Shown in pieces: positions 49,451 through 62,371 of a DNA stretch of 64,000 bases. Source of the stretch: Azolla caroliniana (Eukaryota > Plantae > Polypodiophyta); contig JBHGNT010000006.1 in assembly GCA_043228905.1 (NCBI GenBank), forward strand, positions 17,546,001 to 17,610,000, read 5' to 3'. The notes beneath the pieces are model-generated. The model made no database searches and was not told the DNA's origin. It saw nothing but the letters and a program-made list of their open reading frames with translations. The first letter of the stretch is position 1, and each line of letters begins with the position of its first letter. Made by a program: the position numbers and the translations under genes.

Positions 49451-50809
49451 ACGTTCCCATTTTGTTGGTTTTGCACCAACGTATGCTCGAACCATGTCCT
49501 CAATAATTTGATTTACTCGTTCTATCTATCCATCGAATTGAGGATGATCCGTGGAGCTCATGCTCAATGTAGTTTCTAACTTTTTAAAGACTTGCGTCCA
49601 GAAGTCACTAGTAAACTTTGGATCTTGATCACTCACGATATCCATCGGTAACCCATAAAAACGAAATAATTCGTCAACGAATTGGTAAGCCAATTCAGGA
49701 GCTGTTACCGTGGTTTTAGTAGCAATAAATCTGGCCATTTTAGTTAGTCGATCAACGACAACCTAGATGGCATCATGACCTTTTTGGGTGCGAGGAAGGC
49801 TAACAATAAAATCCATGGATATACTTTCCCACTTATTATTGGGAATGTCCAAGGGATGTAAAAGTCATGCGGCTTTAAGTCGCTCAGCTTTGTTAACCTG
49901 ACACTGGTGACATTTAGTCACATAGCTATGTATGTCAGGATGCATCTTAGGCCAATAAAATTGAGTGGATATGAGAACGAGTGTATGATGTATTCCAGGG
50001 TGCCCTAGTGAGGGTGCATCATGGCATTAAAAAAGAATCCTCTTTTTGACCTCGGGTAAATCTAGAACACAAACCTTCCCATTACGGTAGAGCAAACCGT
50101 TCGCAATGTGGAAGTATTCCTTTGAGGATGTGGTGGTGTTTGTTCCAGACTCAACTCTTGCCCAGTATTTTGAAAAATAACTGTCATCATGATACTTTCC
50201 TCGAAGGTGATGTTATTTCAGTGAAGCTAAGCATGTTAACTTCACGGATGCGACTTAGTGCATCAGCAACAGTGTTCATGGAACCTTTACGATATCGTAT
50301 GGAAAAATCAAAGTCCTGGATGAGATCAGCCCATCGTGCCTTACGACCTTTCAGGTCTAGTTGGTCACAAAAATATTTCAAGGACTCATGGTCCGTAGGT
50401 ACTAGACAGCGATTTGCATAAAGATAATGGCACCATGTTTTGAGCACATGTATAACTGCAAATATATCCTTTTCTTGAATGGTATACCGACATTGAGCAG
50501 AATCAAGTTTCTTACTCTCGAATGATATTGGTTTACCATCTTGATACAAGACAACACCTATAGCATAATTGCTTGCATCGGTTTCAACCTCAAAAGGTTT
50601 TGAAGGATCGGGTAAAAGAAGGGAAGGAGCCTTGCAAAACCAGGTCCTTGAGTTCCTTAAAGGCGAGGTCTAGTGTAGCATTCCACACAATAGGTTTTGT
50701 AGACTTACGTGTTTGACCTTTTAAAAGATCAGTAAACGGCGTCGTCAATTGGGAGTAATTACGAAGAGACTTTCGCAAAAACCCGACAAAACCAAGGAAT
50801 GATCGAACT

Positions 50810-53800
50810 TGTTGAGAGACAAGCTCAACATCGGCCGGATCGGCTGAAGAAGCCGAGGACCGGATCGGTTGGGATAGATCGGTTAGGCCGAGTGCGTAAA
50901 CCGGGAGGCCGTTAGGAAAGATATTCCGTGAGGAATATATTTGGGAGTTAGTGTAGGAGCTCTTAAAGAGCAATGAAGTATGGTCAGTACTTCGGTCAGT
51001 CCTTCGAGGACTTGTATAAAAGTGTTTATCGAACACACATATGTATAGAGTAGTGAATCGAGATCTTTTGTTGAATATAGTTCTTGTGTTTTCTCTCTTT
51101 CACTCTCTTTGTCTCTCCCGTGTATACTGCGTAAGCTCAAGCTCTCCATTAAACCTGAGTTTTCTTCCTTCTGTTCGGTCTTCATACTTGCTTCCGCACG
51201 CTACTTTCTACATGGTATCAGAGCGCGAGGGTTGAGAACCTCTCTGCAGCCGACACAGCTTGATGAAGAAGAACAAGAAGAACGATGGATAGAGGCATGG
51301 CGAGCTCGCTTCCAACAGAGAAGCTCGACAAAACCAACTACGCGTCTTAGTCTTACAAGATGCACCAGTACCTGCTCGGGCACGGCTACTAGAGTTATGT
51401 CGAAGGAGCTATTGACGCGGCACCCGAACCGATACACAGAGACTTCCCGTCGTGGGAGCAATCGGCGAGCAAGGTATTATACTGCTTCGCGTCATGTGCG
51501 AGCGAACAACTATTGAGCTATGTTCGGGATGCAAAGACGCCGAAGGGTGCATGGGAAAATCTGAAGAAGATCTTCGCCGCGAGCACCACATCCAGGAAGC
51601 TTCAGCTCCGACAAGAGTAGAGCAACCTACGACAACGCGACTTGTCGGTGGCGGACTATACCTCGAAGATCAAGGATATCCGGGACTCCCTCTCCTCCAT
51701 AGAGGTGAACATCGAGGATAGCGAGATGGTCCAAATCTGTCTCGGAGGTTTGGCGTCGAAGTTCGGAGCGTTCCGAACGGCTGTGTGTACCCGGGAGAAT
51801 ACGCCGTCCTTTTTCGACTTACAGTCAATGCTCCTGGTAGAGGAGAACCACGTGGGTGCGTCTACAAGCACGCACACCGACAGCAGAATGTTGTACACGG
51901 AGGGAGATAGGCCCCGTGGACGTGGAGGACGAGGCGAGTCGGTGCGCAATGGAGGCGGCCGACGAGATCAAGGAAGAAGGCACCGAAGTGATGCCGACAG
52001 CAACTCCGTACCCTCCGGAAACAGGGGGAGTCGAAGCGATGAGAACCGGCAAGGGAAGGCCATCACGGAGTGCTGGTACTATGGCAAGAAAGGCCACAGG
52101 GAAAGTGAGTGCTGGGAGAAGCGCGCCGATTCGGAGAGAACCGGTTCCGGAAACGGCTCCGGACATACCGACAAGGGAAATCGGCAGGGATCACACTACG
52201 CCGAAGACTCCGGGAGAGCCAGAGAAGGGTCTGCCTTCGTGACGAGACACGAAGCAAAGTCAATGAAACGGATCACCCCAAGATCAGACAAGGTGTGGTA
52301 CATAGACTCCGGCGCGTCAAACCACATGACGAGCCATAAGGAGTGGTTCTCGTACCTTGACAAAACCGATACAACTTGGAATAGTCGCAATTGGAGACGA
52401 CACTCCGCATCTGATCGCGAATGTCAGAGAAGTTCCCCTTAGCAAGGTCGGGCAGAAAGGGAAACTCATGAACGTGCTGTATGTTCCGACAATCACGAAG
52501 AACTTGGTCTCGGTCGGACAGATCGTCAACCAAGGGATGGAGGTTCGGTTTACACACCTCGGGTGCTTCATTGAGGACGAAGGCCGTGTGATTGCGCAAG
52601 GGTGCAGAGACGGGAGGATGTTCATCCTCGACTCCACTGACGGCGGTACCGCAATGTTCGCGAAGGGAAGAAAAACCGAGTCGGACATCGACTTGTGGCA
52701 CAAGCGGATAGGCCACGTCAACTACCAGCGGCTTCAAGATCTGCAATCGAAACAGGTAGTGTTCGGATTGCCCAAATTTAGTGGCCGAAAGGCACAAATT
52801 TGTGAAGCCTGCCAGCTCGGGAAGCAACACCAACTTCCTTTCCCCAACGAGCAAAACCGGAGCCGGAATAAGCTCGACCTTATACACTCCGATGTATGGG
52901 GGCTGACACAAAACGTTAGTCTTGGCGGGAGCCGATATTTCGTCTCCTTCATCGACGACCACACGCGGCACACGTGGATCTACCTCATTGAGAGGAAGAG
53001 CGAAGTCTTCCACTGTTTCCGGAACCTCAAAGGGTTCGTGGAAACAAAAACGGGACGAAAGATCAAGTGCCTGCGGTCGGATGGCGGGAAAGAGTACTTT
53101 TCTGGTCAATTCAACGGTTATCTACAACAAATGGGAATTCGGCGCGAATTTAGTTGTAGATACACGCCAAAGTAGAACGGCGTGGCCGAGAGGAAGAATC
53201 GGTCAGTTGTGGAAGTGGCACGGGCAATGTTGGAGGAGAAGAGCTTGCCCAAGTTCTACTGGGCCGAGGCGGTAAGGACCGCAGTATACATCCAGAACCG
53301 GATCGGAGACAAAGTGTCGGCGCACGAGCTATATTTTGGAACGAAGCTGAACTTGCGACACTTGAGGGTGTTCGGTAGCATTGCGTATGTGCATGTACCG
53401 AAGGAGAAAAGCAGGAAGCTGAACGCAAAGGCCGAGAAATGCATCTTGGTCGGTTACTCGGACGAGCAGAAGGGTTATAAGTGCTATAACCCTCGCACCA
53501 AATAAGCGCGTGTTAGCCGTGACGTTGTGTTTGACGAGTCCGCGTCCTGGTACCAGCCCCCGACTCCGAACCCCGACTCCAATCCGAACTCTGACGATGA
53601 GGTCAGCGAGGCCGAGATGCCTCCGGATGAGCCCGAAATCGAGAACCGCGAAGAGAGTCCGATTTCACTCTGTTTAAGTGGACCGATTGGATGACTGAGT
53701 CGGTACGACCAGTCCGATGAAGAGCCGGCGAGTACAAGAGACTCGGTCGTGCATTCCCCGCGCAGGAAGCTGAGGAGACGACTTACACGCAAAGAGAAAG

Positions 53801-56424
53801 GGAAGAAGGAGGTGTCGGATTCTGGCATGGATAGGAACGAGTCCGACCGACGCGAGTCCGACTGCGAGGGAACCGGTGACAGGTCATTAAAGGTGAAGAC
53901 CGCGTCAACCGAGAAGGCCTCGACATCGGCTAATGTGAGATTACGCCGATCTACCCGCCAGAAGAATCCTGTTTTGCGGTTCGGACACAACGAGTACATG
54001 GCACATCATTATGCGTACATGACCCGTGTAGCGGAAGTGCGTGAGCCGGAGAGCTACGCAGAAGCGGCTAAAGACGCGAATTGGCGTGCCGCAATGGAGG
54101 AAGAGATGCACGCATTGGCGGAGAACGAGACCTGGGACCTGGTTGACGCACCAAGAGAGGTAAAACCGATCGGGTGTAGGTGGGTGTACAAGGTCAAGTA
54201 CAAAACCGATGGCTCGGTCAACCGGTACAAGGCTCAACTAGTGGCAAAGGGCTACACGCAGAAACACGACATCGACTACGATGAGACGTTTGCGTCGGTC
54301 GCGAAAATGACGACCGTCCGTGTTTTGCTCGCAATAGCTGCGGTGAAGGGGTGGCACTTACATCAGATGGATGTAAAGAATGCGTTCCTGCAAGGTGACC
54401 TTGAGGAACAGGTGTACATGGTACAACCCCCCGGATTTCACTCTGGAACAAACTCCTCGGCAGTATGCCGACTGAAGAAGTCCCTTTACGGACTGAAGCA
54501 AGGCCCGCGTGCCTGGAACGCGAAGATCACGCAACAACTGCGTCGGATGGGCTTTGTCACGTCAAAATCAGACTATTCCCTGTTCATCCGGAAAGGTCGA
54601 CTCGGACCGGTTAGTATTTTACTATATGTTGATGACCTGGTCATCACCAGCGCATCGTTCGACATGAAGGATCTGGGGGACCTTCATTACTTCCTCGGGA
54701 TCGAAGTGATCCGTACCCCCGAAGGCATGTTGATCAACCAACGTCACTACGTGCTGAGTATGCTCTTCAAATTCGGGATGGCCAACTGTAAGTCAGTCTC
54801 GACTCCTCTGGACAAAACCGTCAAGCTTCGTCCCGATACGGGAACGGTATGCGACCCGACGAGGTTCCGACAAATTGTTGGAAGCCTCATATACTTGACC
54901 ATCACCCGACCCGACCTCAGTTATCCGGTCAGAATGATCAGTCAGTTCATGGCGCGACCTACCGAGGAGCACCATACTTCGGTATGTCAACGACACTAAG
55001 GACCGGGGACTGCTATATCGGACCGGTGCAGCTGCGCAGTTAGTCGGCTACACCGATGCTGATTGGGCTGGCAACGCCGCCGATCGCCGATCCACGTCCG
55101 GATACGCGTTCTCCCTCGGGAGTGCCGCGATCGCATGGAACAGTAAGAAGCAGCCGACAGTTGCACTATCGAGCACCGAAGCTGAGTACCGAGGAGCGGC
55201 TGTCGCGACATGAGAAGCCATATGGTTGAAGCGGCTACTTAAGGACCTGCAAGAGGAGGTGTCAGATCCGACGACGATCTACTGCGACAACCTCGGCAGC
55301 ATCCAGCTCGCGAAAAACCCCGTTTTCCACGCACGGACCAAGCACATTGAGGTGCACTACCATTTCATCCGTGAGTGTGTCCTTTCCGGTGAAGTCGAAC
55401 TTTAGTACGTTCCGACGGATCGGCAAACTGCCGACATCTTCACTAAGCCCCTTACGTTCCGACGGTTGCGGCAATTCTCCGGTGTGCTCGGATTGCGTCA
55501 CCTCGACGTGCCAAACTTGAGGGGGAGAACAGTCCCGAACGACCAAGCAAAGCAACAGGAAACGAGCGGAGGCCGCGACACCGAGTCGGTTGACTCGACT
55601 GTTGACTCGGTTGTCGAGTTCGACTTCGGATCGGCTGAAGAAGCCGAGGGCGGACCCGCGGAAGCCAACCACGCATGGGGAAGATGACGCCACCAAGGGC
55701 GAGAAGACCGAAGACAAGTTGGAGACAGCCAACTCGGACGGGAGAGAAAACCGATCGGAGGTAGCCGAGTCGGTTCGGATGTTTGATTCAGATACGCTGA
55801 ATCAACCGAGGCCCAAGCGGAAGAAAAGGCAGCAGGAGAAGCGTCAACACCACAACAGCAGAAGAGCTGATAAGGGCCGCATGAGCAGACAAGCCGACCG
55901 GAAGGGTCGAAGCGCGCGGAGTCGAACAGGTCGAGGAGCGCGAGCGAGGCGTGAAGCCAGGAGGAATCGAAGCTGTCAGCCCGAGGATCCCGAAGAGCCT
56001 CGAGTTGAGCTTGAGGGGGAGTGTTGAGAGACAAGCTCAACATCAGCCGGATCGGCTGAAGAAGCCGAGGACCGGATCGGTTGGGACCGATTGGTTAGGC
56101 CGAGTGCGTAAACCGGGAGGCCGTTAGGAAAGATATTCCGTGAGGAATATATTTGGGAGTTAGTGTAGGAGCTCTTAAAGAGCATTGAAGTACGGTCAGT
56201 ACTTCGGTCAGTCCTTCGAGGACTTTTATAAAAGTGTTCATGGAACACACATATGTATAGAGTAGTGAATAGAGATCTTTTGTTGAATATAGTTCTTGTG
56301 TTTTCTCTCTCTCACTCTCTTTGTCTCTCCCGCGTATACTGCGTAAGCTCAAGCTCTCCATTAAACCTGAGTTTTCTTCCTTCTATTCGGTCTTCATACT
56401 TGCTTCCGCACATTACTTTTTACA
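50810..56424 (+). mobile_element. Full-length Copia element E (same family as A), multiple stops
   Basis: 403-bp LTRs 50810-51212 and 56022-56424; TSD gaact; PBS tggtatcagagc at 51213; PPT ttgagggggag. Confidence 0.97.
51285..56027 (+). pseudogene. gag-pol: Copia E gag-pol with C-terminal extension
   Basis: WYIDSGASNHM, WHKRIGH..CEAC, SDGG, YVDD, RNase H; frameshifts and stops. Confidence 0.92.
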
Positions 56425-58774
56425 GAACTTCTCGAATATTCCGAAGAGTGAGCCAAAGCTTGATTTTCTCAATGCGAGAAGGATCAATTTCAACTCCTCG
56501 TTCGGTTATGAGATGTCCTAGATAAGTAATTGATTTCTTGAAGAACTCACATTTTGAGATCTTCTCATAAAACTGTTTGTCACGCAATGTTTGTAAAACA
56601 AAGCGGACATGTCTAGCATGTTCTTTTAATGTATGGCTATAAACTAAAATATCATCCAAGAAAATAACGACAAATTTTCCAAGTTGTTCTCGGAAAATGT
56701 CATTCATTTCTTGTTGAAAAGTAGCCAGAGCATTGGTCAAACCAAAAGGCATAACCAAAAACTCGTAATGGCCATAGCGCGTATGAAATGCCGTTTTAGA
56801 AACATCATCCTAACTTATTCGTATTTAATGGTAGCCAGTACGGAGATCAAGTTTCGTAAAATACCGAGCTCCCTGGAGACGGTCAATTAGATCGTAAGCC
56901 CGGGGCAATGGGTACGAATTCTTGATCGTCACTTTATTCAAGCATCGGTAATTAATACACATACGCCATGTGCCCTCTTTCTTTTTTACCAAGAGAACTG
57001 GTGCATCCCATGGAGATTTACTATAACGTATATAACCCATTCGTAAATAGTCCTTGAGTTGCTTAGATACCTCATCTTCTTCGGATCGACTTAAGCGATA
57101 CGGAGGTATACTTATTGGTGCAACACCAAGTACAATATCTATACGATGGTCTATATTACGTTTAGGAGGTAACCCATTAGGTAGTTCACTTGGAAAAACA
57201 TCATGAAAATCATTTAAGATTTCATCAAGTTGTTGTTGTTCAAAATATGTTAATTGAACCGGGACATTATCGATATTGTAAACGTGAATGTCCGGATCAA
57301 GTACTCAATAAAATAACGTAGAATAAGACAACTCGGATTTTTATGAACATGAGGAAACAATCGAGAGGGATTGTTTTTTGATACATTGAATAAAATGCGT
57401 ACAATCGTTCAGTACAAAAGAAATGGAATGGCGAACCCAATCAATAAATAAAGAAGAGTTTCTATTATAAAACCAGGGATAACCCAGTATTACATCGGTG
57501 GAAGATTCATTACATGGAAGTCTACTTCCTCTATATAAGTATCAATAGAAATTCCTAATGAATGAATCGCCTCGTTGATATATTGTACTCTTCCATCAAC
57601 CAAGTGCATCGTATAGGTGTGATCACTTACGGTGGGTTGGATTCCCCATATCTGAACCAAACGATCATTCACAAAATTGTGTGAGCTTCCCAAATCAAAT
57701 AAAAATTGTACAGGAGATCCCTTGATATACCCGTTTGCACGTAGTAAATCATTGGGACCCAATACATAGTGAGGGAAAGAACATTGACAATTACTTAAAT
57801 GATGTGTATAGACCTGAAGGACATTAGGAATCTGACCTTTATGGTCTGCAGCTTTAGCTTTGTTGTCGTGATCTTTTCGTTGGAGCTTTCAACATTGATC
57901 TTTTGTATGACCCTTCTTTTTGTGGAATACGCAAAAAGGATGTTGTCGCTTACAATCGCGATCCATGAATTCGTTCGGTGTCTTGCGTTTCCCAACGAAT
58001 TGCGATTGCTTAGTCCCGGGCGCTTCATTGGGTTGGTTGTGCTCCTTCTTCGAAGTGCGTTGATAGCGAAGAACTATTTCAACGACGTCTTCGAAGGATT
58101 TTGGATCCTTATCGTGCACTATCCAGTGATAGTCCGAATTGGGGATGCCATTGACAAAACAAGCTATTAACCAATTGTCCCCTTCTAGACCCGATTTTTG
58201 GATTTGGGTTCTAGCATGGTGAACATAGCCTTCTAGCAAGGAAAATTTCTTGCTAGAGAGGTTCATTAAAGCTTGTGCTACCTCGGCTCGAGAGGGAGGT
58301 TGCAGAAATTGGCCCTTAAAAACCGTGACAAAATCTGTCAAGGTATCGAGCAATTTCCCCATAGTACGAAGCCCACGCCACTGTTACCGGCCGGCAAAGG
58401 AGTCCAGAGTGGGAAACGGAGAGCTAATTAAGTAGTAGGAATGTGGTTGTAATTAAGCTATGAGTGTGGACGGACGAACCGGAATCGGTATGCCATTCCG
58501 GATCCGGACCGATCCCGAACAGGTGCGGATGGCACCGTTTTGTAATACAGACCGGAAACCTATTTAAAGGCCCGGATACAATGTAATAGGGAGCTGTTAA
58601 TTAATGAAAGCTTAAGCGTTGTTATCTCTCTGTGTTAATTGCCGTTCTGTCTTAATTGTTATATCTTACGCTGTCGTAGTGTATTTCGTACACTACGTGA
58701 AAAAGTAAAAATAATATAACCGATTTAATTACATATAAATAAATAAAATAATATATCAAGATATTTATCACGTG

Positions 58775-58837
58775 CATAGGGCAAGATTTGAACCCTGTAC
58801 CTCCACGTAGCCAAACCTCAACTTTACCATTATACTA
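58775..58837 (-). promoter_or_regulatory. tRNA-like A-box/B-box module in the 5' LTR of the gag-only element (antisense)
   Basis: Minus strand tagtataatggtaaag...aggtacagggttcaaatcttgccctatg, then T4 at 58748-58745. Confidence 0.7.
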
Positions 58838-59498
58838 CCTTATCTTTAGTGTTCTATAAATAGATTTAATAACTATAAGTGCTTTATTTGCGCCTACCTT
58901 TATTAAAAGGTAAATCGTGCATTTTTAGAGTGTGTGAATATTTTATAGAAAAAACGCAAGCAACTAAAAAGTGACTCGTGCACATCTAGCGTGCATGAGC
59001 ACTATATTTAGCAAATAAAAGCAAGGATTAGAAAAGCATCACATGCACATTTAGTGTGCATGAACATATTAGAAAAAAAGCATGTAGCTATGCTTAGTCT
59101 CTCCCATCACTACATAAGGATGGGGAGCACAATGTAATAGGTGTGTGAAATATTTGGAAATTGGATATATTTCCGAAAACACCAACCGATTAATATAATC
59201 GTGGGATTCACGAAAATAATATAATCTATACTTGTGGGATTCACAAGTTTCTTATATATTTCTTTCAATCTAAATACATATTCTTATCTAAATATTGATT
59301 AATCGAATACAATACACTCGTGGGATTCACGAGATTTCTATCTCTCTTTCTAATAATCTATTCATTACTAGCCTCATCTCATATTCTTCTTTCTCCTAGT
59401 CCAAAACCTCGGCGGTTCCCACCCGACTCACGCAACGATCCGGAGCCGAAAGGCACGACACAGTTGGTGAACCCGACGCGAAGGCGGGTGGCAAGGAG

Positions 59499-60881
59499 AT
59501 GGAGAATCAACAAGAGACAATGAGCATAACGATGATGATGATGTTCGAGCGGATGCTACAAGAACAACGAGTGATGTCGGAGATCACGGGGGCAGTAAAG
59601 CGGCTCGTACAACGAAACGGACAATTCGACGGAAAGGATGTGTCACGCTATCTACGTGACTACAAGGCGGAGATGATACGATGTGGGATACCGGAAGGAT
59701 TGCAAGTGACATCCTTCAATCGGGTGGCCACGGATGAGCTACAAGAGAGAATCCACAAGATACGGCAACAAAACTCGACATGGGGGTCATTCGAAGAAGC
59801 TTTACGAGAGGCATATGATTACAAGAGATCAAAGGGACAAGATCGGCGAAAATTCGACGAATGGGTGGCATCGGAGAAGACCCACCGAAGTGCAACACAA
59901 GCATTCCTAGAGTTCGAGCATCGTCTTGCTCAACTCTCGGAGCGGGAACAACGATTGGTGGGAGAAGATAAAGTCCTAATGTTCGTAAAATCGATCGATC
60001 GAAAAGAAAGGATGGACATCGGGATCGAACTCGAAGACGATGAAGGTACGAATGGTCTTACTGAAGATTGGGCCGAAGTCCAAAGGGTATGCCGGAGACA
60101 TGATGAGAGGAAGATGAGAATCTTGTCAACGACATGGCCGATGAAGGATGGTCGATTGAAGACAAACGATGGAGCCGATATGAAGGCCGAAATACAACAT
60201 GATGGTCCGACGGAAGAGGGTGTAAAACACGCTACCCTCTTGTCTTGCGAAAGAACAATGACAAAGGATAAGGCCGATAACCCAAGTGTAGAAGAAGATT
60301 TCAGAATACAAGTGTCCGAAACATCGGGTGAAAAAGGGGTAAGCATAATTGATGCAGTGAAAGAGAGCAAAGAGGACTTGATTGAGGAGGTCGCCACGAA
60401 AGATGACATCGAATCGAAGGTGGCTATGGACGAATCAACGACGGATGGCCATATCGAGACTTCCCCACCACTGATTCTAGAGACTCCGGCGGTTGCGTTC
60501 GAAAGGCAACGTGAGACCGAAGAGACGGAAGGTGGCGGAGAGAAAACAAAGGTCGAAGTCGATGCATACAACGGAGAGATAGCCGAGAATATGGCTATGG
60601 GTGAAACAATGGAGGATGATAATACCGAGGATTCCTACCCATTAATTCTAGAGACTTCGGCGGTTGTGTCCGAGAACCAACGTGAGACCGGAGAGACGGG
60701 AGGTGGCAGCAAGAAAGGTAAAGTCGGAAGCCGGTTTGGATGGAAGGTGATCCGGACGGGATTCCGATCCGAAAGAAAGCCGAACCAGGTAAAAGAGGAT
60801 TCGACCCGAAAGAAAGCCGAACCGAAAGGAAGAGAATTCGGCCGAAAGACGACACAAACGAAAGCCGAACCGGACGAATGA
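59499..60881 (+). CDS. gag: Gag-like protein, 460 aa: Phygy-type capsid region plus acidic repeated tail
   Basis: GQFDGKDVSRYLRDYKAEM..VLMFVKSID..GLTEDWAEVQRVCRR aligns with GRFSGKDATSYLASYRAEM..VLLFVKSVD..GLTADWAAVKRVCGR; open frame; no CCHC knuckle. Confidence 0.85.
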   Translation: MENQQETMSITMMMMFERMLQEQRVMSEITGAVKRLVQRNGQFDGKDVSRYLRDYKAEMIRCGIPEGLQVTSFNRVATDELQERIHKIRQQNSTWGSFEEALREAYDYKRSKGQDRRKFDEWVASEKTHRSATQAFLEFEHRLAQLSEREQRLVGEDKVLMFVKSIDRKERMDIGIELEDDEGTNGLTEDWAEVQRVCRRHDERKMRILSTTWPMKDGRLKTNDGADMKAEIQHDGPTEEGVKHATLLSCERTMTKDKADNPSVEEDFRIQVSETSGEKGVSIIDAVKESKEDLIEEVATKDDIESKVAMDESTTDGHIETSPPLILETPAVAFERQRETEETEGGGEKTKVEVDAYNGEIAENMAMGETMEDDNTEDSYPLILETSAVVSENQRETGETGGGSKKGKVGSRFGWKVIRTGFRSERKPNQVKEDSTRKKAEPKGREFGRKTTQTKAEPDE

Positions 60882-61603
60882 GGATTCGGCCGAAAGACGA
60901 CCCGAAAGAAAGCCGACCCGAAAAGGGGTCGACTCGGTCAAAACCGATCGATCGAGTCTGACTTGGCCGAACGCGAATATGGATGGAAGCCGACCTAGCC
61001 GAAAGCCAATCGGACGAGACCGATCCGGAAAGAAGCTAATCCGACTCAACCGAAGGTTGGACCGGTCGAGGCTGGTGAAAACGAGGAAAAGAAAGCCAAC
61101 CAAAACCAAAACCGATAGATCGAAACCGGGTTGGAAGGAGACCAACTCAATCGAAACCGAACAACCGATTCCGATTCGGCCGAATACGAATCCGATCGGA
61201 AGCCGATCAAACCGAAAGTCGATCGGACGAGAGCAATCTGGAAAAAAGTCAAGGTTGATGAAGACAAGAAAGAGGCTAGTAAAAGACACTACCACGAATG
61301 ACAAGGGCCAAGAATATGACGAGAGAGAACAAAGAATATGGTGGATCGGATGGCGACAATGGTTCGGGTGGAAAGAATGGGTCTACTCAAAATGGAGAGA
61401 CAAAGTTGACATAGCGGGACAAACGGAGGATGAAGGGGAGACAACGAGCATCGGCAACTTCGGCACATACCGGAGGATGTGCGGGTTCGGAGGGGGCGAG
61501 TGTCGTAGTGTATTTCGTACACTACGTGAAAAAGTAAAAATAATATAACCGATTTAATTACATATAAATAAATAAAATAATATATCAAGATATTTATCAC
61601 GTG

Positions 61604-61666
61604 CATAGGGCAAGATTTGAACCCTGTACCTCCACGTAGCCAAACCTCAACTTTACCATTATACTA
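61604..61666 (-). promoter_or_regulatory. tRNA-like A-box/B-box module in the 3' LTR of the gag-only element (antisense)
   Basis: Same sequence as 58775-58837. Confidence 0.7.
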
Positions 61667-62371
61667 CCTTATCTTTAGTGTTCTATAAATAGATTTAATA
61701 ACTATAAGTGCTTTATTTGCGCCTACCTTTATTAAAAGGTAAATCGTGCATTTTTAGAGTGTGTGAATATTTTATAGAAAAAACGCAAGCAACTAAAAAG
61801 TGACTCGTGCACATCTAGCGTGCATGAGCACTATATTTAGCAAATAAAAGCAAGGATTAGAAAAGCATCACATGCACATTTAGTGTGCATGAACATATTA
61901 GAAAAAAAGCATGTAGCTATGCTTAGTCTCTCCCATCACTACATAAGGATGGGGAGCACAATGTAATAGGTGTGTGAAATATTTGGAAATTGGATATATT
62001 TCCGAAAACACCAACCGATTAATATAATCGTGGGATTCACGAAAATAATATAATCTATACTTGTGGGATTCACAAGTTTCTTATATATTTCTTTCAATCT
62101 AAATACATATTCTTATCTAAATATTGATTAATCGAATACAATACACTCGTGGGATTCACGAGATTTCTATCTCTCTTTCTAATAATCTATTCATTACTAG
62201 CCTCATCTCATATTCTTCTTTCTCCTAGTCCAAAACCTCGGCGGTTCCCACCCGACTCACGCAACGATCCGGAGCCGAAAGGCACGACAACGCGTGTTAT
62301 GAAAGACGATCCTAATAAGTAACTTAACTAAGTCGGATTAAGCGTTGAAGTCTAATCCGGTTGCCGTAACA

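Larger units (their letters stand above)
41863..58381 (-). mobile_element. Degraded Ty3/Gypsy chromovirus hosting Phygy copy 2 and Copia E; 5' end lost at 58381
   Basis: 3' LTR 41863-42317, PPT aaagaaggggag, chromodomain (PERILD..KIKW..DATWE), INT 49455-50100, RNase H 50187-50620, RT 56430-57100 (FLDD), PR FLFDLGSS, gag 57889-58380. Confidence 0.9.
58672..62289 (+). mobile_element. Young non-autonomous gag-only (TR-GAG-like) LTR element of the tRNA-Trp group
   Basis: 789-bp LTRs 58672-59460 and 61501-62289 with no difference seen by eye; 4-bp TSD acgc; PBS-Trp; PPT ggagggggcgag; no PR, RT or INT. Confidence 0.95.
58382..62371 (+). repeat. LTR (~370 bp net) with mismatched flanks, interrupted by the gag-only element
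   Basis: tgttacc...cgtaaca termini; TATA-like cctatttaaagg near 58560; flanks gccac vs ccctt. Confidence 0.7.
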
